NCBI GenBank assembly: GCA_951406725.2
Contig: OX597828.1
Coordinates: forward strand, 27,962,001-28,026,000
Reading direction: 5' to 3'
Source of the DNA: Octopus vulgaris
Lineage: Eukaryota
Length of the DNA stretch: 64,000 nt
Position 1 is the first letter of the stretch. Each line of letters begins with the position of its first letter. Below, in pieces: positions 41,866 to 54,897 of the stretch. The translations under genes were made by a program, and so were the position numbers. The notes under the pieces were generated by a model. It was not told the DNA's origin, ran no database searches, and was given only the letters and a program-made list of their open reading frames with translations.

Positions 41866-42174
41866 GAAAAAAATGGAAAATGGAGATATAACATTTAATA
41901 AAGATTTATTATCAGCAAAAATGAAACATGCTCCCTTACAGCTGTTTCAATTAAGCCGAATAAAGTTTAAATAAAAGTTATTAAAATCATTTTTGGGGGC
42001 AAAAATCTCTTTCTACCCTTCTGAAGAGATTTTGCTCCCCCCCCCCCCATTATTTTAATAACTTTTATTTAATCTTTATTGGGATTAATTGAAACAACTG
42101 TAAGGGACTATGTTTGGTTTTTGCTGATAATATATCTTTATTAAATGCTATTTCTCCATTTTCTTATTTTTCAT
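41866..42174. mobile_element. ~310-bp foldback element carrying a hammerhead motif (42016-42106, plus strand)
   Basis: Arms ~41866-42010 and ~42024-42174; CCCTT CTGAAGA GATT...AATT GAAA CAACTG TA AGGG; mirror arm keeps palindromic CAGCTG (cccttacagctgtttc, 41933-41948). Confidence 0.8.
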
Positions 42175-42319
42175 TTTAAATGATTATAAACCATGGTTTA
42201 TATACAAACCTATTATTTTACAAATATTATTATTCCCAACAAATATTAGGTATTGAACTGGAAAATTCCTTGGGTGATACCATCACTTAACGAAACTAAT
42301 CTAACCTCTATTTGAATTT

Positions 42320-42354
<35 letters not shown>

Positions 42355-42800
42355 GGTCAACTAGCCTTTCCACCGTTGACCGCTGCCGTGACAACACCGT
42401 TTTCTTCGTCTGCCACAAAGGCATTTATTTCAAAATACGCCAGCTAAGATAAGTTAAATTGTATAAAGTCGTAAGACACCCGCTGTTTTTGTCCTGTTAT
42501 TACCATTCTTGTTTTAATTTTATTTTTGTTTTTTGTATTTATATTTGTGTGGCATCGTCCGTTTTTCTGTCCTTTTTTCGTATACATTCGATCCTTTTTC
42601 CAAGAAATCTAATGCTAGCAGCTTAGTTTTTCCTTGGGGCTGGCCGGATAGGAGCGATATCAGGATTAATCAGCCGAAATTTGCTAGGATGATCCGGTTC
42701 CTGACTGAAGATTAGAGGCTTCGAATGACCCATCCGTTTTTTGTGTCGTCTCTTTGTGTATTTTGCGTTCTTGTCCCATTTTGTATTTTTATATATAATT
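42355..42800 (+). mobile_element. CpG-retaining unclassified element inserted in (TA)n
   Basis: Sharp microsatellite boundaries, T-rich plus strand, structured segment gccggat...atccggt (42643-42699). Confidence 0.5.
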
Positions 42801-43282
42801 TTTATACATATATATATATTTATGAGAGGTTTTGGTATCCAGAAGACCCAAAATGGCAAGTAAGTGCTATGGAAGGACCATAGTTAGACTCCCGATTCGA
42901 TAATAGTATGAGTGAGGAGTCTAATGCGAGTTGTGTCTGAGCATGTATATGTTAAATAAAATCAGACAACAAAACCAAGGCAGTGTGAAATTTCTAGGAC
43001 ATTTATAGAGAAAGGTATTCTTACAGCTGTTTCAGGGACATGAGGGTATATATATATGTACATATATATATATAAATTTGCAGTATACTCTATCTTCCAT
43101 ATCAATTGTTTCCACTATACACAATATGCACTAAGGAATTCCTAATGTAGATCCAGTGATGATTGTACAATTACCATAGATGACAGCAGGTAGCCATGAC
43201 CAGTGAATGTGCTTTGCCAGCATACTACTAGGGACATAACCAAAACACAGTTTACATTTTAAATTAAACTTTGATTATAACT

Positions 43283-43314
<32 letters not shown>

Positions 43315-43391
43315 CATCCACATGCAGACAGATGTATATATATATATATGTTGTATATATCAGTATTTTCATACACAATGGAAATGAGTGC

Positions 43392-43707
43392 TATTCTTTG
43401 TAAGCCCAGTACTTATTCTATCGGTCTCTTTGCCGAACCGCGAAGTGACGGGGACATAAACACACCAGCATCGGTTGTCAAGCAATGCTAGGGGGACAAA
43501 CACAGACACACAAACATACACGCACACACATATATATATACATATATACGACGGGATTCTTTCAGTTTCCGTCTACCAAATCCACTCACAAGGCTTTGGT
43601 CGGCCTGAGGCTACAGTACAAGACACTTGCCCAAGGTGCCACGCAGTGGGACTGAACCCGGAACCATGTGGTTGGTAAGCAAACTACTTACCACACAGCC
43701 ACTCCTG
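43392..43707 (-). mobile_element. SINE family A, 3'-truncated
   Basis: Reverse complement of 36152-36465. Confidence 0.92.
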
Positions 43708-44842
43708 ACATCCTTTGTGTATTTTTGAACTGCTGATACGTCTTCCATACTGCAATCATTTTAGTTTCAACACAGTCTCAGAACTAACCACTTGCCTGGC
43801 AAGTTGGCCTCCAAAACCATATGTTTCTGCTTTACTTGAAAATATTTAAAACCTTCATTGCAGTTTGTTACTTGCGTTCTTTTCAATGTTTGTAACTAAG
43901 TTATTCCATCATGTACATATAAACTCCTCTTGTTTGTCACAGCTCAATATTGCAGCCTTTAGTTTTCCACAGTTGTTCTTTCATCTCAGCACAACTTGAA
44001 AATGTTAACCTATCTTTCTGTGAAAAGGTAAATAGCAACATGGTTATTGCAATTACAGCTGTTAATGCAAACAGTCTATATATTTTTCGTACCTGTGTAC
44101 ATAGTAACAAAGCTAGTCTCAGTAGTCTTGTACAATAGAGCTGCCGGTTCCATTTTTAATTTATTCACTTTTTACTCTTTCTTCTGCACTCATTACTAAA
44201 AGCATACATATGTATCTATGGAAGAATATACGTGTGTGTATGTGTGTGTGAATATATATGTATATATTTTTTTCATACATACATGCAGATATATATGTAT
44301 ACATACACATACACACACACACACACACTACATATATATGTATATATTCACGATAGGCTTCCTTCAGTTTTCCTCTATCAAATTCACTGGAGACTTTGGT
44401 TGGCCTGAGGCTGAAGTAGAGGATACTTGCCCAAGATGCCATGCAGTGAGACTGAACCCAGAGCCTTGTGGTTGGAAGGCAAACTCTTCTTACTATGTAA
44501 CCACACACACATGCATATATATGTGTGTGATTGTCCTGCCATTTCCACTCTGTAGTACTCAGCCATATGTTACATTGAAAGGAAGAGCATCCACCAATCT
44601 GCACAGATGATGTTCACTGTGAAACAATTGGCATCAAACATGTGGCCATTTATTCTTTGCAGAGACCAATACAACATATCAAGACAAATATTCAATTGCA
44701 ATAAATTGTAATTTACATTCTAATTAACCAGAGTTGATTTTATTGAATTCTTTGTTTATGGCACTGCATGTATATCTCTATATATGTGCAGGTGCACACT
44801 TGCACATACACACACACATGTGCACACACACATGCATGCACA

Positions 44843-45237
44843 AGGCATGGCTGTTTAGTAAGAAGCTTGCTTCCCAACCACATGGTTCCGGGTTCAGTCC
44901 TGCTGTGTGGCACCTTGGGCAAGTGTCTTCTACTGTAATCTCAGGCTGTGAGTGGATTTGGTAGATCGAAACTGAAAAAAGCCCATCGTATATATATATA
45001 TATATATATATATTGGTAAAAACGGTAAGCTAACAAAAGAAAGAAAGAGACCTCAATATTATGTAAATAGAGGAAATTTATCTGTAGAATAATATGTGAC
45101 AATTATTCAATAGCCAAGATAAAACTCTGAGTTTCGGATGCCGAAGTGGAAATCCACAACACCATCTCTTTTCTGTTATCTGGCCATTTCAGAGTTTTAT
45201 CTTGGCTATTGAATAATTGTCACATATTATTTTACAG

Positions 45238-45269
<32 letters not shown>

Positions 45270-45482
45270 ATCTATATGTGTGTTTATGTCTGTGTTTGTC
45301 CCAACCACCGATGTTGGTGTGTTTACATCCCCGTAACATAGCTATGTGGCAGAAGAGACAGATATAGTAAGCACCAGGCTTACAATGAATAAGTCCAAGG
45401 TTCAATTTCTTCAACTAAAAGGTGGGGCTCCACCATGGCCACAGTCAGTTGACTGAAGCAAGTAAAGGGGTAGAAGAATAAG
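44843..45482 (+). mobile_element. SINE family A interrupted in its internal (TA)n by the foldback at 45011-45240
   Basis: Head 44843-44990, tail 45290-45482. Confidence 0.85.
45011..45240 (-). mobile_element. Foldback element with hammerhead motif (45113-45184, minus strand)
   Basis: Arms 45079-45130 and 45189-45240; minus GCCAGATAA cagaaaaga GATG...CATC c GAAA CTCAGAG TT TTATCtTGGC. Confidence 0.8.
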
Positions 45483-46002
45483 AGAATATGTGTATGTGTA
45501 TATATATATATATATATATATCTTTTACTTGTCTCAGTCATTGGATTGTGGCTGGGCAGGGATCAGCTTTGGAAGGTTCAGTCAACCCAATCAGCCCCAG
45601 TGCTTATTTTTAAAGTTGATACTTATTTAATCAGTCACTTTTGATGACCCACTAAGTTATAGGGACGTGAACAAACCAACACCGGTTTTCAAACACCACT
45701 GGGAGACATACACTCACACATATACATACACCTCTGTGGGGTGGTTGGCATTAGGAAGGGCATCCAGCTATGAAAACCATGCCAATAACAGACACAGTAG
45801 CCTGGGGTAGTGTACTACCTGGCCAGCTCCTGTCAAACTGTACAACCTATGCCAGTATGGAAGGTGGATATTATACAATGATGATGATATGTCTGTGTCT
45901 ATATATATATATGTATATAAATAAATATTTATGCGTTTGTATACATAGATGTATTGTATAAATACATTTATATATATATTATATATATTATATATCTAAA
46001 TA

Positions 46003-46536
46003 CAGGGTGACCCCAGAAAAACAGAACCCATAAAAATTTTATTAAATCCTACAAATGTCCAGTAAATTTCTTGAAATTTGCTGGACTTAAACTTTGGTCT
46101 GTGTACAATCATTCCCTTTGCATAAAGGTCATGTTCTTTTCAAGATATGCTCCAAATAGCATACATCATGTAAACACTTGCATACGTCACCCAAGATTGT
46201 CAATTACTCAAACACATTCCTCTTTGGGAATTTCCCTGATTTCTGCTTTCAGTTCACCAATTGTTTGAGGGTTGTTCTGACGAACATGATCCTTAAGATA
46301 TCCTCACAGATAAAAATCTGGGTGGTTCAAATCCGGTGAATGCAGTGCCCACCCAACGTCACACTTCCTGCTGATCAGTCTCTTGAAATTGCTCTCTCAG
46401 CCTGGCTAGGGAGTCATTTTATGCGTGGTGGGGTGGCCCCATCTTGCTAGAATCACTGTCCATCTCAATCTATCCCTCTGTGTCATTTTATTCTAAGATT
46501 TGTGGGTTCTGTTTTTTTTTTTTTGCAGCCACCCTG
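46003..46536 (-). mobile_element. Internally deleted Tc1/mariner-superfamily element with both TIRs
   Basis: TA|cagggtgaccccagaaaaacagaacccat ... gtgggttctgtttt..gcagccaccctg|TA; minus frames give QDGATP and HSPDLNHPDFYL*GYLKDHV. Confidence 0.88.
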
Positions 46537-47567
46537 TATATACACATTAATTTGAAATATACATTTACCTGTGCATGTGTAAATTTGTGTGAACACACAC
46601 ACGCAAATTCATAGTGCTCTGCACAGCATTTTCCTTTCCATTAATTTCAAGCATAAGCTTTACTTTTTTAAATAAACATGAAATTTTAGTTTCACTGGGA
46701 ATAGTTGACAAAATAGTCCTATCATGATTGTTATTTTTCTGTGTGTAGAAAAAACTGGTATCAATCTGATGAGCTACTAGCTTCCTTAGAGCTTTACCAA
46801 GAAAAACATATCCACTCCCATCCATGGATTTGTTAGTAATTTAGAACTTTTAATAGTGTATAGACATTGTAGGGTCAACTGACTGGTTTAGCTGAGTCCT
46901 AGTTTCTGTACATTGTAAATAGCTAAAAGCTTCAAATCTCTTTATAGACAGAGGATGGTTGTTATTTTAGTAATGAATGTCAAAATAGAAGAGAAACTGG
47001 TCAGATGGGTTCCCATTTTCTGTCCAGAAAGAAATAAAATTTCCACAACTAGGAAAGCAAAGTAAGTGGTTATATTAATGAAAAGTATACTTAACATGTG
47101 AAATAATTCAAAAACATTATGTAATGCAGTGTGAATTAATTAGTTCACATTGTCAGTGTGTGTACTGTCAGGCAAATTAGGCTGACCAATTTAGTGGAGT
47201 CCTAGATTGTATGCACTACAAACTGTTACTCTTTCTCAATGGGCAAAAGATTGAAATTTTTCTCTGATGAGGACCTAAGAAGTCTAAAAACTATCAAATT
47301 CAACTCATTTTTTTTTCTATCAAGTGAGATAACGATATAAAAGTATTCTATAGCATAGATGAAATCTGAGAGTGTAAATATGCATACAATCAGATTAGAA
47401 GTAGTTCTTCCTTACAAGAGAAACCTAATGAATTACTGCGAGCTTTCTAATTGATAGATAAAAAAGTTATTATTGTTTTCAGTGTTTTTACTAAACTACA
47501 GTATCTCAATTCAATTAACTAACCTGACATATTAGGCCACGCGGGGAAAAGTGAGATAAAATAAATA

Positions 47568-47600
<33 letters not shown>

Positions 47601-47692
47601 ACTTGTTTATGTAAAATTTAGTTACCTCAATTGATTCATTGAAAGTTAGCCTTTTTATTCAAATAATTCTTAAACCCTTATACTACTACTAT

Positions 47693-47724
<32 letters not shown>

Positions 47725-48635
47725 TTTCCACAACTACTACCATTATTACTAGCACTACCACTGCTATCACCACCATCACCACCACTGCTACTACTATTAC
47801 TGCTACTACCATTGTTACCATCACTACCACTACTGCTACTACTACTACTACCGCCACCCTCGCCATCGCCATTGTCACTGATACTGCTTTTCAATGCATT
47901 CAATTTGCAAGCTTACAAATTTTAAGTTGCTTTCCTCTGCCCGTTCCCCACCACCACCACCGCCACCACCACACTTTATGTTATGTATTCTCTTGTATTT
48001 AAGGGTTTTTATTTTTAATTTCATGAGCTATTACAACAATAACACATCATTCCTTCCTAATAACATTTTCAAAAAACAAAAAAAAAAAAAAATAATAATA
48101 ATAATAAAAAACACCGTTGAATTTTAGAATGACAAAACTATAGTTTAGAGAACGACATTTTGTTTCTTCTCCTCCCCACCCCTACCCCACCCTGCCATCA
48201 TTGCTTCAGATATATTCACATTATATATTTATGTATATTATATGTGTGTATATACATGTGTATGTGTGTGTGTTTATATGTGTATTTATATATATATATA
48301 ATGTACTGTTCTGTACACACACACACACACACACGCGCGTGTATGTGTTTGTGAGTTCGTGGGAGTTTACATGTGTCTCTATATGTGCATATGTGTGTGT
48401 GTATTTCTTGCGCAAGAATTATTAAAATGCAATTGAAAAACTTAATTTCTTCTATTTTATATATGTGTGTATATATATATTTTTAGTATTATCTTGTTTT
48501 CATTTTTCCTTTATTTTTTTAAAACCAGGAGTGAAATTTTGAAAAGAGCATGTTCCACTTTCATTTGCTTTTATAGACCAAGGAACTTGAATATCATGTG
48601 GTAGGGGGTACAAAAATCCAAAATGCAAACGAAGA

Positions 48636-48686
<51 letters not shown>

Positions 48687-49105
48687 TGATGATGATGATA
48701 GTTCAAAATGAGGCACACAATTTTTAGCTAAGTTGTTATTAAAAAGAGTTCTGCCGAAGCTTGTTTTCAATAAAATATATTATTGACTCAGTGTTGATTT
48801 TCATCCTTAAGACAAGGAAAGCTTGATATAAAAATTAAATAAAAGAATAAGAAAGTAAAAAAAAAATAATAAATAAAATACCTGAAATAAGATAAACCCC
48901 ACTCCCACCTCTCTCATCCTTCTATCTGCTTTCTTTGCCACTGTTGTAGCTTAAAATATCTAAACAGAGAAATTTTATTTTAGCTGATATTTATAAACTA
49001 ATCTTTTTTTTTTTTTTTGTAAGTGATGAAAATTTCATTTCTTTGAATATATGTTTAAACTTAAAGGGAGATAAAAGTTAATAACCTGGAGTTGATGCTT
49101 TCTTT

Positions 49106-49249
<144 letters not shown>

Positions 49250-49318
49250 CATCATCATCATCCCAAGATTGTTTTTTGTTTCCAATGATGTATACATTTG
49301 TGTGTGTGTATGTATATG

Positions 49319-49360
<42 letters not shown>

Positions 49361-49372
49361 TACACACACACA

Positions 49373-49403
<31 letters not shown>

Positions 49404-49427
49404 CATACATGCATACACATATGTGTT

Positions 49428-49462
<35 letters not shown>

Positions 49463-49491
49463 ATATGTATGTATATATATATCTATGTATA

Positions 49492-49522
<31 letters not shown>

Positions 49523-49608
49523 TTGTATATATATATGTGTGTGTGTGTGTGTATATGTATGTATATATATATCTATGTATATGTGTGTGTGTGTGTATAT
49601 ATATATAT

Positions 49609-49669
<61 letters not shown>

Positions 49670-49867
49670 GTATACACGTGTGTGCATGGCATGCAATTCT
49701 TCTTTTGTAATTAATTCTTAGTTCATTGTTTTATAATTTACTGAATCAGCAAGTTGATTCTTCGTAATGTTAGGTATCTTAAGACTAAATATTGGTGAAA
49801 AGAAAACTATTCAGATTTTATGAGTAGAGTTTATCTTCCATTGAACCTCATTGTTATTTCATAGCTC

Positions 49868-50225
49868 AGCATCCTGAAATTAAAACCGCAAATTCAAACA
49901 ATCAAATGTACCGTTAAAATTGCAGAATAAAATAAAAATCTGGAATTGATGCCATAACCTCTCTCAAACATCTCTTCAGAACAAAAAGAGCAATACCAAA
50001 CTAATAATTAATTCTTGAATATACTCACTATAAACAAACCATCCATTTACTCCTGAATTAAAACCACAATGCAAAATAATCAATTACTCCTGACTAAACC
50101 TACAATAACAATCAAAATATTCCTGTTTTAAACTGTATTATCACAAAAGCAAGTATCACCTCTAAACGAAAACAGTAATATCAAACAGTTTTATTATTTC
50201 GTCTGAATTAAACCAAACATTACCG
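49868..50225. repeat. Degenerate minisatellite, ~33-40-bp period
   Basis: Recurrent actcctgaattaaaacc..aat..aaa.aatcaa units (49871, 50011, 50049, 50086, 50119, 50198). Confidence 0.6.
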
Positions 50226-50409
50226 ACTGTTCACTTCATTCTGGCAATGGAATCAAACAATTTTCTGCAATCCTGCATTCTAATCATTATCATCAGCATC
50301 ATCATCATAACATTTACTGTCTCCATGTTTTCATGAAGTGGATGGAATTTGTTCAAATAATAAAAAAAAAAACATCTGCCAATGTCTTTGAATTCTTTTG
50401 TAAAATTCT

Positions 50410-51008
50410 AGGCATGGCCTTGTGGTTAAGATGCTTGATTTCCAACCACATGGTTTCATGTTCAGTCCCACTGCATGGTACCTTCGCGGCGAGCTGGCAG
50501 AAACGTTAGCACGCCGGGTGAAATGAGTAGCCATATTTCGTCTGCCGTTACATAATGAGTTCAAATTCTGCCGAGGTCAACTTTGCCTTTCATCCTTTTG
50601 GGGTCGAAAAAGTAAGTACTAGTTACGCACTGGGGTTGATATAATCAACTTAATTTGTTTGTCTGTCCTTGTTTGTCCTCTCTGTGTTTAGCCCCTTGTG
50701 GGTAGTAAAGAAATATGTATGGTACCTTGGGCTGGTGTCATTTATTATAGTAGTTATAATTCTGATGAAAGTCCATTGTGTATATGAGTTTGCATAAGTG
50801 AGTGTGTTTGTCACCCACTACCACTTGACAACCAGAGTTGGTTTGTTTGTGTCCCTGTAACTTAGCTGGCCAGTGAAACAGACAGCAAGATTAAACACCA
50901 CATTTTAGCAAAATAAGTGCTGCGGTTGATTTGTTTGACCAAAAAATCTTTCAGGGGTGGGGTGCCTCAGCATGGCTGCAGTCCAACGGCCAAAACAAGT
51001 CAAAGATT
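50410..51008 (+). mobile_element. SINE A with nested SINE B (50485-50718), TSD atggtacctt
   Basis: 10-bp direct repeat at 50475-50484 and 50719-50728. Confidence 0.9.
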
Positions 51009-53514
51009 AAAGCTAGTATGGAACAAATTAAATAAGAATCCACTTCTGAATTCCTTAGATTTGTTATTACTTTAAAACATCTGAGAATGGTGTTCCACAA
51101 TAGTTATGGTAGTCAAATGAATCTATCATAGAGGGTAATGAACTACAGTAAATTATGTAAAGTACATTATGGTCTAGTTATTTGTAGAACTGATGAATAA
51201 TTCAAGGAAGAATTAAATAAATTTAGCAGGTGGTGTGGATCTGGCTATATAGTGAATGAGTTCACTTTGCAACCATGGGGTTCCAGATTTCAATCCCTCT
51301 GTGAGGTACTGTGGACAAGTGTCTTCTACTATAGCCTCAGAGCTGACTTTTTGGATGAACTTGGGAGGTAGAAAACTTGTGGAAGCCTGTTGTGTGTCTG
51401 TGCCCCCTCCCTCCACCAATCATTTGACAATAGTGTTGGTTTGTTTACATTCCTCTTATTTAACAGACCATTAAAAAAGACCAGACACACACAAAAAAGA
51501 TAACTTCTAGAGGCAATTTGGTCAGCTAAATCCTTTAAGGTGATGCTCCAGCATGGCCACAGTTCAGTGCCTGAAACAAGGAAAAGAATAACGGAAAGTA
51601 ATATTGTGATACTTACTCCAAGAATTGTTAACACATGGAACATTATACCCAGCTTATGCCCACCGCCACCCCTACCTGGTCTGTGGGTATGTTTGGTGTC
51701 CTGAGTGTGACATTAAACCGCAGCCAGTAGTAGAGTTCCAGTTTTTTGAGGAATGTAGAACCAGTTCTTAGCAACTATTGTTACCAGAATAGTAACACCA
51801 GTCAGAGTCCCAATTATGAGTTAATTAACTAATTAAGGCTTGGCTACCTATGCATATGAAGGCTGAATTTGGCAAACTCTGTGGAAGAAATTTTTATGGT
51901 TCAATGGAGGAGAACGGGGCTACAGCAATGCATTTTGGAGTACAGAGAGCAAAATGAGGCCAGTAAAACATGTTGGCCATCCACTGTCCATCTCCATTCC
52001 CCAGTTGTCTTGACCTCATCTTGCCACTGGACTGAAAGTAGCCACAGGTGAGACAGTAAGGTTGATAGTGTGCAATTCTTCACTTGAAATAAATTCACAG
52101 TGCAAAGCATGCTTAAGAAAGACCAGATGGTTCTCATCATTCCAACAGGTGAACATGCTGTTGCTTTAGTGGTATCTACTCTTTTGAAAAAATTCAGATC
52201 AGGTCTCCCATTCAAGGATTACTTTCTCCCTTTCTCCTGCTCATCAGAAACTTAGAGGTTCTGAAAATATAAAAATTATAGGTACAACTGTCCTTCCTTC
52301 TCTGATTAAATGGTAAAGAACAAAAGCACACATGCATATGCTCATGCAAAAAACTCTATGAAACTGGCATTACTTTCATGATTAGAAAATTTGTTTCAAA
52401 AACTGGGAAACTCGGGATGTTTAAACCTGTTCCATTTATGCTAATATGGAAAATTTTATACAAAATTAAGAAAAGAAAGAATTGTAAAAATTAGATCTTT
52501 ACAAGATTTACACTGTATATATATGAATGTGTGTATATATATATATGTATATATATACACATGCATATGTATATACATGTATATACACATACACATCAGC
52601 ACATATATGTGTATGTATGTGTGTATTTATATATATGTGTGTATGTATACACATATATATGGGTGTGCGTGCATGTATGTGAACAGAAGAAATTACAATA
52701 AGAAAAAATTTATATCGTTTGTTCCTATGTCTACACAAAATACACAATATATATATATATAAATGTATGTTACACACACAGACAGCCATATAAATGTGTG
52801 TGTGTGTGTGTGTGTGTAAATGTAAAGCAATAACAAACTATTTATGTTAAATAACAAAATGGAAACAATAATCTCAGGTAGGAAGAACAATCCTACATTT
52901 CCTTCATATTGTTTAGTTCTAAATGTTTTATTGCACTTTTTATTTATCTATTATTTATTTATATTTTGTCCTCCTCTCTTACGATTTTCTTATTGTTTTA
53001 TTTCCCTTTTTGCCTTTTTTTTTCTATTCTAACCATTTCTTGATAAAAAAAAAAATAGTTCAAGGAACAAATAAGAATGTCAAGAGTACATATTTAGCAC
53101 AGAAACTACATCAACTCCACTTAAATCATTATTTCAGCTGCCAAATGTAACAACAACAATAGTGACAAGAATGATACTTCTTGCCAAATTAATTAATCAA
53201 ACACACAGCCACACACTCTCTTTATTCTACCTTCTTCAGCACCATTCCTTCTCTCAGACACACGTCCATGCTTACATACTTACACACACTCATACACATG
53301 AATACATTTATCTACATACATACGTACAAGTATGCTTCAAATTTTGGAGCATGCATATTTAATAAATAAATAAATACATAAATAAGAAACAAAACTGAAA
53401 ATTGTTTAAGTAAAAAAGTCAGGAATTCGTTCTTACAATGAAAGAAATGTCTTTGGATATCATTGTCTATCAATTATAACTGAGAATTTTGTATATTTTT
53501 GTTTTCCGATTTAA

Positions 53515-53807
53515 GACAGAAGCAAGAATCGGTGGGGGAGGGAATGCTATTGTACGTGCAGTGCTTTAGTATGTAAACGATGCCTCATCGCAGTGAAATC
53601 TTTTATTTGTTTCTTCTTTACGGTGCTTATTTTCTTGGTAACTAAGTAGTTGGTTATATATCTAACGTGGGTGCGGAACTGTCTGAAATTTTGGCAGATC
53701 TAATGTTTTTGATAAGTCATCACTGATTTTTGAGGGTTTGCTTTGTAATTCATTTCGGCAACATCTTCATCAATTTACTTAAGAGAACGGATGATTAAAT
53801 GGTGCAG
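53515..53807 (+). other. Candidate 5' exon ending ATGATTAAATGGTGCAG|gtgaga
   Basis: Unique CpG-containing island, possible acceptor tttccgatttaag, strong CAG|GTGAGA donor; ATG 53791 (MIKWC, phase 2) or 53799 (MVQ, phase 0). Confidence 0.3.
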
Positions 53808-53937
53808 GTGAGATTATAGATGCACGTATGCATCTCTCAGTCTCATTATCCATGTATTTCTCTATCTTCATATGCACAGGTGTAATTATGTACATGTGTC
53901 TGCGTATATGGGTGTATCAAAGTTTATATTTACATAG

Positions 53938-53987
<50 letters not shown>

Positions 53988-54041
53988 CATATATGATTAA
54001 TGATGATGATGTTTTGTCTGCATGTATGTATATGCTTCTAG

Positions 54042-54091
<50 letters not shown>

Positions 54092-54423
54092 AGTCAAATG
54101 CTGATGCATATGTGTATGTGCAAATAGATAGGTGTGTGTATGTATGATAATACATCTGAATATGTTGCACCATGTGTATGTATATTTGCACATATACCTA
54201 TGAGTGTCTACATGTGGGCATTTTCTGTTGCACATGAACGTGTCTTATATACAACTTTTTCTCAACACAGGCACATATACACACACTGACACACACACAC
54301 ACACATACTGAGATACTGGTAAAGAAATTAAACACACACATACACAGTGTGATGAGTAATTTAAGAGTATAAAACTGCAAGAGATGCAAAGGAACGTGAA
54401 AGAATGTAAATTCCAAGAAAATA

Positions 54424-54449
54424 ATGGCAGCACTTCCAGAGAATGACAG
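54424..54449 (+). CDS. Candidate first coding exon MAALPEND(R/S)
   Basis: ataATGG start context and strong CAG|gtaagg donor, phase 2. Confidence 0.3.
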
Positions 54450-54679
54450 GTAAGGGTACAGCTGTAGAATAGTGCCATAAACAGGCAAAACAGTGAGAAG
54501 CAAAACATTATTGAATGGAAATGGGATTAAAACTAAAAGCAAAAATTAAAAGTAGGTATCTTTTGAAATGTAATAATCTTAATTAAAATAAAGGTTCTAT
54601 TGTTTAAAATCTTGGTTGAATAGATTTATAACCAAAGGCATTCTAGCTATGGCCATCTCTTCTTTTTTGGAGAAGGAAT

Positions 54680-54897
54680 CGTGGCCGATGCTGGACCCCC
54701 CCCCCCCGGCACCTGTGCAGGTGGCACGTAAAAAGCACCCACTACACTCGCGGAGTGGTGGGCATCTAGCCGTAGAAACTCTGCCAGATCAGACTGGAGC
54801 CTGGAGCAGCCCCTGGCTTCCCAGAACCCAGTCGAACCAGCCAACCTGTGCTAGCGCGGAAAACGGACTTTAAACGATGATGATGATGATGATGATG
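54680..54897 (+). mobile_element. RTE-related SINE/LINE 3' tail ending in (GAT)n
   Basis: ggcacgtaaaaagcaccc...gtagaaactctgccagatcagactggagcc...aacggactttaaacgatgatgatg. Confidence 0.85.

Noticed and set aside
48875-48895. Minus-strand ttatttcag|gtattt recursive-splice-like junction
   Set aside because: Weak donor, and transcribed strand unknown.
51869-52215. 104-aa minus ORF in a more complex region
   Set aside because: No recognisable motif or splice signals; possibly an old TE remnant.
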